Below, in pieces: positions 39,006 to 45,576 of a stretch of DNA of 58,692 nt. The translations under genes and the position numbers were made by a program. The notes beneath the pieces were generated by a model. The model was given only the letters and a program-made list of their open reading frames with translations. It made no database searches and was not told the DNA's origin. Origin of the DNA: a virus (lineage: Duplodnaviria; Caudoviricetes); the IMG/VR virus record IMGVR_UViG_3300030102_006279, positions 1 to 58,692 of that record. One strand, 5' to 3'. The stretch's first letter is position 1, and each line of letters starts with the position of its first letter.

Positions 39006-39342
39006 CTGGGGTTTTTTTTATATGCCCACACCCACTCGTGCCTCGTCCAAACGGGACGGCGTGGTAAAGACTCCTGGGCTTTTTTCATATAACGACACGG
39101 ATCGAAATCTTTCTGCAAACGGCGGGACTGACCAGGTTCTCGCCCCCCAGCCAGAAAAGTATTGACTAAAGAACCGAATGAGCTTCTTGCAAACGGCGGG
39201 ACTGCCGATGAAACCCCAGCAGAAAAGTATTTACCAAGAGAACACAATAAGCTTCTTGCAAACGGCGGGACTGACCAGGACCCCAGTGCCCAGCAGAATA
39301 AACTATATAGCTTACAGACCACGAACGGCGGAACGGCGGGAC
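39006..39342 (+). repeat. Repeat cluster 1: five degenerate ~70-bp units ending in CGGGAC
   Basis: gcaaacggcgggactg at 39115, 39189, 39258; variants near 39050 and 39330; ccagc(c)agaa at unit starts. Confidence 0.9.
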
Positions 39343-39349
39343 AACAGAC

Positions 39350-39385
39350 AAAAAAAACCCCGAGCACGCGTTAGTATACTCGGGG
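39350..39385 (-). terminator. Intrinsic terminator closing early cassette 2
   Basis: CCCCGAGTA...TGCTCGGGG followed by T run. Confidence 0.85.
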
Positions 39386-39472
39386 AAAGTAGGTCGCTAA
39401 TGAATTAAAAAACTAAAACTAAAAAAATTCATTGACCTCGAGGACGGCGAGGGTTTCTCGCCTATATGCCTA

Positions 39473-40072
39473 TCAGCATATTTCAAAACCTCCAGAGTGT
39501 CTACAAAAATTTGCAAATCTTTGCACATTGTCAACATCAAAAGGGTAACTATCTTCCCAGCTTCTTTGTTTATAAAGCTTGTCCCATTTCTTTTTCTGCA
39601 CTTCTGGATAGTTAGCAGGTGCAAGGTTGTCCTTACCTGTTAGCTTTATAACTTCTTGCTTTAATGCTTCCATTTTCTTTTCTACCTTAGCATTATGCTC
39701 TTGAGCTACTTTCATAGCTTCCTTGACTTCCTTTTCTTTTTTAGCAGTATGCCCTTTATGAATAAGTAAATCTAAAGAGTTAGCAATTCTGATTGCTGTA
39801 TCTTCGTCAACTTGATGACCTGAATTCATATGCCATTCGTCATAATCTTTTTCAGCAATCTCGCCCGTAAACTCATACACATAATGAGCTAACTGTCGCC
39901 ACCACCAAACATTGTTGCGAAAATACTCGCCAACATTTTCTTCTTGATATTTTTCCTTTGCTTCAAAATATGCTTTCTGCTCTTCTTTTGAAGGTTTACT
40001 TTCCCAATCAATCGTTGGCTCAACACTACCTTCTTTTATTGTCGGATTTAATCCGTATACATCAAAACCCAT
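39473..40072 (-). CDS. Conserved hypothetical early protein, 199 aa
   Basis: MGFDVYG, YFRNNVWWWRQL, C-terminal SGGFEIC; RBS GAGG. Confidence 0.8.
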   Translation of the reverse strand: MGFDVYGLNPTIKEGSVEPTIDWESKPSKEEQKAYFEAKEKYQEENVGEYFRNNVWWWRQLAHYVYEFTGEIAEKDYDEWHMNSGHQVDEDTAIRIANSLDLLIHKGHTAKKEKEVKEAMKVAQEHNAKVEKKMEALKQEVIKLTGKDNLAPANYPEVQKKKWDKLYKQRSWEDSYPFDVDNVQRFANFCRHSGGFEIC

Positions 40073-40097
40073 TTTTCTATCCTCACTTTTTTAATTA

Positions 40098-40137
40098 ATA
40101 GTATCTCCCATATTAGCAAATATTCAAGATATTGCAA
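40098..40137 (-). promoter_or_regulatory. Sigma70-type promoter with ATATGGGA box
   Basis: TTGCAA-16-TAATAT or TTGAAT-18-TACTAT; TAATATGGGA shared with the promoter at 41129. Confidence 0.6.
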
Positions 40138-40256
40138 TTTTTTTTAGCTCCTTATTTGCGATATTTCAATCTGCCCTATACTAGAGTACCCCCAAAATTG
40201 ATTAAAAGGATGAGTTGTGTACCATCTGCGAACTGAAATTACCAGGGGACTGGTAA

Positions 40257-40314
40257 CCAGCCTGGGTTTTTATATAAGAGCAAAGCTGTCGCGGGACGGC
40301 GCGGCGCGGCGGGG
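40257..40314 (+). repeat. Repeat cluster 2: single bipartite unit
   Basis: ccagcctgggtttttatata...cgcgggacggcgcggcgcggcgggg. Confidence 0.8.
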
Positions 40315-40322
40315 CCAGCAAC

Positions 40323-40427
40323 TTAGAACCAAAGACTTGCCAAGTAGATGGCAAGCAGCAACGAGACTCCAGGCATTAAGAAGATGAAGAGCAGCATGGC
40401 CAGCAGGGCCCCAGACAACAAACCCAA
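40323..40427 (-). CDS. Small hydrophobic membrane peptide, 34 aa (not in ORF track)
   Basis: GGAGG then TTG start: MGLLSGALLAMLLFIFLMPGVSLLLAIYLASLWF; begins just after the upstream stop. Confidence 0.55.
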   Translation of the reverse strand: MGLLSGALLAMLLFIFLMPGVSLLLAIYLASLWF

Positions 40428-40429
40428 GT

Positions 40430-40615
40430 CTACTCGCCTCCATCTGAGTCACCGGCGGCGGGATCCTGGGCTTCATATTGTTCCTGCTCTTCCAGCTGCT
40501 GAGCCCACTCGGCGTGGGGATCAGGATCCAGAGATGGTATATCTATAGCCACATGATCTTCATGGACTTCGGCACGAGCGGCGGGATTCAATTGTAATAA
40601 CATATCTACTAACAT
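40430..40615 (-). CDS. Acidic hypothetical protein, 61 aa
   Basis: RBS AGGAG, in-operon. Confidence 0.65.
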   Translation of the reverse strand: MLVDMLLQLNPAARAEVHEDHVAIDIPSLDPDPHAEWAQQLEEQEQYEAQDPAAGDSDGGE

Positions 40616-40623
40616 AGCTTCTC

Positions 40624-40920
40624 CTAATTTGTAATTTTATTGGCATAAGTAACGTCTTGTTCATTCGTGTGAAACGAAACTCTTTCATCCAACGAAAACT
40701 CTGCGTGTGCAGGTACATTTTGTACTGTGCCCACACCTTTGTTTCTGTCCCCATCGGTGATCAACACCCACATCTTTTCTGTTACACCGTCAGGGGCTTT
40801 TGGAAAAACGCAGTATATGTATTCACTTGGCACATCAGGGTTGTTCTTGACTTCGTGATACAAGTCTTTTCCGTGTTCGCTACAGCTATAAACCACATTG
40901 CCTTTTTCTTTCTCATTCAT
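40624..40920 (-). CDS. DUF2314/YegJ-like protein
   Basis: EKMWVLIT..GVGTVQNVP..LDERVSF. Confidence 0.55.
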   Translation of the reverse strand: MNEKEKGNVVYSCSEHGKDLYHEVKNNPDVPSEYIYCVFPKAPDGVTEKMWVLITDGDRNKGVGTVQNVPAHAEFSLDERVSFHTNEQDVTYANKITN

Positions 40921-41068
40921 CTTTTTTCACCTCTGCTTTTTCCATTAATTTTTTTTCCAGGTCGTTGTAAAAGTTTTCCCATATATTTCTAGGTACACTT
41001 GAAAGACGCATATCCTTTTTTTTCTTTGCAATATATCTTTTTATTTTCTTTTTTTCTTTCTCGTCCAT
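40913..41068 (-). CDS. Basic hypothetical protein, 51 aa (not in ORF track)
   Basis: RBS GAGGA; MDEKEKKKIKRYIAKKKKDMRLSSVPRNIWENFYNDLEKKLMEKAEVKKDE; stop overlaps next start. Confidence 0.7.
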   Translation of the reverse strand: MDEKEKKKIKRYIAKKKKDMRLSSVPRNIWENFYNDLEKKLMEKAEVKKDE

Positions 41069-41100
41069 TTTGTCCTCTCTTATTGTTTTAATGTACTCCC

Positions 41101-41129
41101 ACCTTATCCCATATTAAATAGTATTGCAA
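41101..41129 (-). promoter_or_regulatory. Sigma70-type promoter with ATATGGGA box
   Basis: TTGCAA-17-TAAGGT; spacer contains TAATATGGGA. Confidence 0.6.
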
Positions 41130-41163
41130 CCTTTTTCTTCAGATGAAACGCTCACCCGAACTT

Positions 41164-41530
41164 CCTGGCTGGGCTTAGCTTTATATATACCCTGCTTTCT
41201 GATCCATTGTTGAACGGGACGGCGGGGCAAAAGCTTCGCATCACCGAGCCCAGGAACTAGCTGGTTACGCCAGCTGGTTCCTGATGGTATAGAGAAACAG
41301 CGCGCGACGGCGCGGCGCGGGACGGCGGGACTAGAACTTCTCAGGAGAAAGGATCCTGGCTGGGATGGCCAGCAGGATCTTTATATGACTTAGGTCCCAG
41401 CGGGACGGGGCGCGGCGGGACGGGACTTCAGGAGTGATGATGCACGTGGCGTGGATCAGCAGCCTGGGAAGCCAGCAGGATCATATGATATAAAGTTTCG
41501 GGGTCAGCGCGGGACGGCGCGGCGCGGGAC
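41164..41530 (+). repeat. Repeat cluster 3: four ~100-bp-spaced bipartite units rich in CGGGAC/CGGCG
   Basis: CGGGAC at 41215, 41318, 41326, 41401, 41416, 41421, 41510, 41525; cctggctggg twice; gccagcaggatc twice. Confidence 0.9.
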
Positions 41531-41844
41531 AAGGATTCTATGACGCTCGGTGCACGGACCTCTAGAAGTTCTAGCCTTGACTCCGAGGTACCTACATTGA
41601 GAATACGAACAGTTCCACCTGCTTGTTGATAATTTAAATGCCAGTTAATCTGAAACTTTGACAACCCACAATTCTTAACATCTGTGGCTTTGAGTTCTAA
41701 CCAAAAAGACCTGCCTTCAATACACCCAAAAACATCAGGTATTCCGTTGATTGTAGAGGATTCTATACGAGTTAAATGCCAGTCTTTACGCCCTTTCTGA
41801 AGCTGGTTAATCTTCTTCCATAATTTTGACTCTTTGGTGGACAT
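41428..41844 (-). CDS. VRR-NUC / Holliday-junction-resolvase-like PD-(D/E)XK nuclease
   Basis: ESKLW, RIE, GIPDV, WLELK, Q..W motifs. Confidence 0.85.
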   Translation of the reverse strand: MSTKESKLWKKINQLQKGRKDWHLTRIESSTINGIPDVFGCIEGRSFWLELKATDVKNCGLSKFQINWHLNYQQAGGTVRILNVGTSESRLELLEVRAPSVIESLSRAAPSRADPETLYHMILLASQAADPRHVHHHS

Positions 41845-41871
41845 TTAATTAATTTGATATACGATATTATT

Positions 41872-42177
41872 ATGGATCAAAAAATAGACAAATATGGTAA
41901 TTTAACTATATCACTCTTTGACATAAATGACAAAAGTGATGAGGACAAATTTTTTTATTTTTATATGGGTCTTGACCGACCTAATAAAAAAATAATTGAA
42001 AATGCTTTTTACCAAGCTTATTCAAAAAAATTACTTAACAAAAAAGACCCAGACATCATTCATCACGAAGAAAATGGTGTAACTCACATTGAAGTACACC
42101 CTTCAAATATTTTAGCAAATATAGAAATTATTAAGAGGATTTTAGCGACCGATGTGTTTGAAGATGAAAACGAGTAA
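41872..42177 (+). CDS. Hypothetical protein
   Basis: Divergent from the nuclease gene; likely ATG at 41872. Confidence 0.65.
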   Translation: MDQKIDKYGNLTISLFDINDKSDEDKFFYFYMGLDRPNKKIIENAFYQAYSKKLLNKKDPDIIHHEENGVTHIEVHPSNILANIEIIKRILATDVFEDENE

Positions 42178-42415
42178 ACACCCACTGTATATTGTGGTAT
42201 GGAAAGACCATACCGGAGATGCAGGTTGGAAGAGTGAAGAAGAAGTCAAAAAAGAAAAATACATACTGGCTTACAGTATTGGTTACCTAGTACATCAAGA
42301 CAAAGAATGTGTAAAATTATGTAATACTTACACCTCTGATGACGCTCATGGTGGCTTAGATCTAATTCTTAAATGCTGTATTGTTGAAATGTATGAAATT
42401 GAAATACTAGACTAA
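42164..42415 (+). CDS. Conserved small beta-barrel-like phage protein
   Basis: VVWKDH..GW..SIGYLV pattern. Confidence 0.65.
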   Translation: MKTSKHPLYIVVWKDHTGDAGWKSEEEVKKEKYILAYSIGYLVHQDKECVKLCNTYTSDDAHGGLDLILKCCIVEMYEIEILD

Positions 42416-42909
42416 TCATTTTCACCCTGAACAATTATAGTGTTGGCACCAATCTTTTGTTCTAATTCTTGAAGTCTTTGTTCAAGCTGGTCTCTACTCA
42501 TTCCCTCTAAAGTATTGTGTGTTATTTCTTTTTTATCTACATATTGACCTGCCAGCTGTCCTGATCTAAATTCAGCGTTAATAGCAGCAGTGTATTGACC
42601 TTTTCTTTCACTACCATCTCTAAGTCTTTCCAATATCTTATAGCGTCTTAACTTATCTTTTTCGTATTTTGCTTGTTCCTCACTTAATCGCATCTCAAGA
42701 TAGCGACATACATGTGGGTTTATTTCAGGATTTGTTAGTCTACTACCCAAAACCATAGCTGAATTTTCTGTTTTATAACTATATCCAGCTTTAATTACAG
42801 CATCTTTTTTAGATATTACACCCCAGTCTTCAACTAAAGCATCTACAAATGCTTTCTGTTTATCGGTTAAATCAGCTGTTGTTTTTAATGTATTTGCTTT
42901 ACTTGGCAC
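42412..42909 (-). CDS. terS: Terminase small subunit
   Basis: LTDKQKAFV..AVIKAGYS..GSRL HTH; AAINAE..G..AG.YVDKKEI. Confidence 0.75.
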   Translation of the reverse strand: MPSKANTLKTTADLTDKQKAFVDALVEDWGVISKKDAVIKAGYSYKTENSAMVLGSRLTNPEINPHVCRYLEMRLSEEQAKYEKDKLRRYKILERLRDGSERKGQYTAAINAEFRSGQLAGQYVDKKEITHNTLEGMSRDQLEQRLQELEQKIGANTIIVQGEND

Positions 42910-43058
42910 CTATGCACTCCCTTAGAAACATTTTTTTAAAAAAATAATCGCATAGTCGCCTCCTCTGTATTCCATAGTTTTTAAGGAATATTCCTAGTAA
43001 GCTATTGTCTATAATCCTATTCATACAGTGTTTTCCATACTTTCCTTAATTCCTGGTA

Positions 43059-43094
43059 CTATACAAACATATTTTTTAAAAAGTGTTTGTATAG
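43059..43094. other. 11-bp inverted repeat in AT-rich intergenic region
   Basis: CTATACAAACA...TGTTTGTATAG. Confidence 0.6.
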
Positions 43095-43100
43095 AGGTGC

Positions 43101-43733
43101 TTATGAGTAAATTTCACTTTTTTGGAACCTCATTAGCTCAACTAAACGATTATCAGTAATATTATACACAATCGCTTGTGTAATTAATTCTTTTATGTAC
43201 CCATCTTGGTCCGAAAAGTACTCAGTTCCTGATTGTCGGTACCTAGAATACAAATCATGAAGCTTATTTTCATTGACTTTATTTGTTTCTGGCCGTACGC
43301 CGATGAGCCGTAGTCCTTTGGTTGACAGCACCAAATCATTAATGCGACTTAGCCAGTTGGTACTGTGACCGATCTTAATAAAACCCTCTAGGTTCTCAAT
43401 GAAATAAATGTGACTGGCAGTCCTTGTAATCTCAAACAAATCATCATAATCCATACCTGCATTGGCTTTAATTTTCAGTTCTGCCGCTTTGAGCCGTGCT
43501 TCACTGATTGACATGAGCGGATAGAAACCAAATACCTTTGACTTATGTACATTTTTAGCTCGGTAATCAAACGCAAAAGAATGAGTGCCTTTTTTACTTG
43601 CATTACAAAGTAAATTAGGTTCTTTTGTGTCACGCACATAGACGCTTCGTTTCAGGCCAAACTTAGGTTTCCAATTTTTGAGAAACTCATCCGTCAACTC
43701 TACATAGTGACTTTTGTCTGTTCTCCTCGCCAT
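43101..43733 (-). CDS. Integrase arm-type DNA-binding domain fused to GIY-YIG (T5orf172/MUG113-like) nuclease domain
   Basis: N-term LTD..L..RD..NL..GTHSFAFDYR..FGFYPLMSISEAR; C-term IYFI..FIKIGHS..RINDL..ENKLH..EYF. Confidence 0.7.
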   Translation of the reverse strand: MARRTDKSHYVELTDEFLKNWKPKFGLKRSVYVRDTKEPNLLCNASKKGTHSFAFDYRAKNVHKSKVFGFYPLMSISEARLKAAELKIKANAGMDYDDLFEITRTASHIYFIENLEGFIKIGHSTNWLSRINDLVLSTKGLRLIGVRPETNKVNENKLHDLYSRYRQSGTEYFSDQDGYIKELITQAIVYNITDNRLVELMRFQKSEIYS

Positions 43734-43765
43734 ATCCCATAAAAATACCTGAATATGCTTTAAAA

Positions 43766-44236
43766 TCAAGTTAAAACGGACAAAAACACAGTGCTCACGT
43801 ACTCAGTAGAGGTCAAAAACACATTTTCACGCATTTGTTTGACTCTTTTTCTCAAAAACCGTTGTTTTTCTTTATCAGGTAAGTTTTTCATGCGATTGTA
43901 CATGCGATCATATCGCAACCACATGAGCTGCCGTTTCGTAAACCGAATGTTCTTCTCTCTTAATGCTCTGGTATAAGCTTCTTTAACCAATATTGGATCT
44001 AATTCAGCACACATACAAACGTTTTTAAAATCATCACACATGGAAATAATCCAATTATGTGCTGCTAACTTTTTTAATGAATTTTTACGGTCGGAGTGAG
44101 TGACAAACGCATCTTCAAATGCATTTAAAATAACACAACGCCAAAGTTTCGCTTCAGGTTTTAAATCGTCCTGCTCAACTATGTTTCGCGCCAAGTTAAT
44201 TCCAATGGCTCTAAGTAAATCTGTAGATGCTTTCAT
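43766..44236 (-). CDS. Conserved hypothetical (possible regulator)
   Basis: LWRCVILNAFEDA..AHNWI..DFKNVC..AELDP. Confidence 0.7.
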   Translation of the reverse strand: MKASTDLLRAIGINLARNIVEQDDLKPEAKLWRCVILNAFEDAFVTHSDRKNSLKKLAAHNWIISMCDDFKNVCMCAELDPILVKEAYTRALREKNIRFTKRQLMWLRYDRMYNRMKNLPDKEKQRFLRKRVKQMRENVFLTSTEYVSTVFLSVLT

Positions 44237-44466
44237 TAGTGCCCATGTGCTCTTATTAAATAGCCGATGATCTTCTCATAAACCACCAAAACACTTTTAT
44301 CACAGTTTATTTGCTTTTGAAAGTTATAATCCGCAATGACACCAGCGATGAATTCATGTTTATCATCGCTAGACATCTCTGCCACATCAGCTAAAGAGAA
44401 ACGAGCAAAATCCATATCCAAGATTTCTTCCCAAGTTAAGCTCACTTTTTCTAATTTTATAGCCAT
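44236..44466 (-). CDS. Hypothetical protein, 76 aa
   Basis: Coupled to the downstream gene. Confidence 0.7.
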   Translation of the reverse strand: MAIKLEKVSLTWEEILDMDFARFSLADVAEMSSDDKHEFIAGVIADYNFQKQINCDKSVLVVYEKIIGYLIRAHGH

Positions 44467-44487
44467 ACTTTAATTGTATGGCTAAAT

Positions 44488-44808
44488 TTACTCTGGGTCT
44501 ATATTACTTTTACCGCCGTCAATAATACTCAACCTAGTTTTACCGTTAGGTTTCAAAGTAACACCTTTCTTAACTTCGTCCACAAAGTTTAAATGATCGC
44601 AATTGCCTTTACTCTGTATGATTTTTGCTTCGTACTTTAACTTTTGTAAATCAACGATCTCGTCATCACTATTTTCCATATAGCCAAACTTATGTCCCAT
44701 AAGTAACTGAGCCACAGTGTTGACATGAAACTGATATTCTTTTTCATCAGTAATCTTTGAAATACAAAGTAAAAGCTCTCGCAAGTCGTTACCTAATTTT
44801 TCATTCAT
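44488..44808 (-). CDS. Hypothetical protein, 106 aa
   Basis: Coupled to upstream gene; ends LSIIDGGK. Confidence 0.7.
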   Translation of the reverse strand: MNEKLGNDLRELLLCISKITDEKEYQFHVNTVAQLLMGHKFGYMENSDDEIVDLQKLKYEAKIIQSKGNCDHLNFVDEVKKGVTLKPNGKTRLSIIDGGKSNIDPE

Positions 44809-44999
44809 TAGGCTGCCCTGCTTTTCTTAATTTTTTCAATCTTAAGCTTATTCAAGTCCAGATTATGCTTTCTTTCATATTCTTCTATGAAAATAGCCAA
44901 TTGTTCACTGGGAGAACGCCTCTCCAATTTACATATCTTTTTGAAGTTGTCAGATGTTTCTTTACGAACAGCGACACTTTTCCATTTACTTACATCCAT
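44808..44999 (-). CDS. Ribbon-helix-helix (Arc/CopG-like) DNA-binding protein
   Basis: WKSVAVRKET strand, helix, RRSPSEQLAIFIEE second helix; RBS GAGGA. Confidence 0.65.
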   Translation of the reverse strand: MDVSKWKSVAVRKETSDNFKKICKLERRSPSEQLAIFIEEYERKHNLDLNKLKIEKIKKSRAA

Positions 45000-45063
45000 A
45001 AAATATCCTCTAAGTTAATTTAAAGTAACAGTGTGGTTCGTCTTTCGTTGATCTATTTTTTTG

Positions 45064-45183
45064 TTAGTAAAAAAAATTATAAAAAACTATTGCTGAAACA
45101 AATATAAACATTTTTGGAAAAAGAAAAAAAGCCAACACAGCAAGTAGTGCAATAAAAAATACTAGGCTAATAAATCCAAACAT
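45064..45183 (-). CDS. Very hydrophobic peptide, 39 aa (not in ORF track)
   Basis: ATG overlaps upstream TAA; MFGFISLVFFIALLAVLAFFLFPKMFIFVSAIVFYNFFY. Confidence 0.5.
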   Translation of the reverse strand: MFGFISLVFFIALLAVLAFFLFPKMFIFVSAIVFYNFFY

Positions 45184-45365
45184 TAATCATTCCCTCTCTC
45201 TAACATTACATCACTGGTCACATGCACCGAGATCCAATACTTGCCGCTTGAGTTATACACATCATCTTCATTCGCAGGTCGCTCAACCACTGCCACATTT
45301 TCCGGACATTGATCTAACCATTGATTGAATAATATAGCTCTACATTCTTTCTCATTTTCATTCAT
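45183..45365 (-). CDS. Hypothetical protein, 60 aa
   Basis: FNQWLDQCP motif; RBS GAGGA upstream. Confidence 0.65.
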   Translation of the reverse strand: MNENEKECRAILFNQWLDQCPENVAVVERPANEDDVYNSSGKYWISVHVTSDVMLERGND

Positions 45366-45380
45366 CGTTCATATCCTCTA

Positions 45381-45537
45381 TAAAAGAAACAAGGCCTCGT
45401 TTCTCGCATTTACAGCTTAGGTAAGTCGCGTGTCTGTTTACTCACATTTTCACTTACTACCTTGAATTGTTAGCGGTTTAAGGTCTTCGCTTCAGACCAT
45501 CTCACCTAGTGAAATTCAAACTCACGCTCGGTAATTG
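45381..45537 (-). ncRNA. Candidate structured non-coding RNA or leader (~150 nt)
   Basis: Bounded by a promoter and a terminator-like hairpin; several stems; no ORF seen. Confidence 0.5.
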
Positions 45538-45542
45538 AGGAT

Positions 45543-45571
45543 ATTATCTGATATTATATGGGATAAGTCAA
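45543..45571 (-). promoter_or_regulatory. Sigma70-type promoter with inverted ATATGGGA box
   Basis: TTGACT-17-GATAAT; spacer TATCCCATAT. Confidence 0.7.
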
Positions 45572-45576
45572 CTAAT

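Noticed and set aside
39100-39342. CRISPR mini-array (about 23-bp repeats with 45-50-nt gaps)
   Set aside because: The gaps resemble each other, the repeats are non-palindromic and degrade into the wider CGGGAC family, and there is no cas operon; better described as a degenerate tandem repeat
38948-39408. Overlapping ORFs on both strands across repeat cluster 1
   Set aside because: No RBS seen, repeat-derived translations, and one crosses a terminator; open frames are a by-product of the GC-rich repeats
43101-43733. Integrase / lysogeny module
   Set aside because: Only the arm-binding domain is present; no tyrosine or serine recombinase catalytic motifs, att site or CI-like repressor recognised
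45482-45498. Hammerhead ribozyme core (CUGA...GAA)
   Set aside because: Sequence is CUGAAGCGAAGA, lacking CUGANGA, stem II and GAAA
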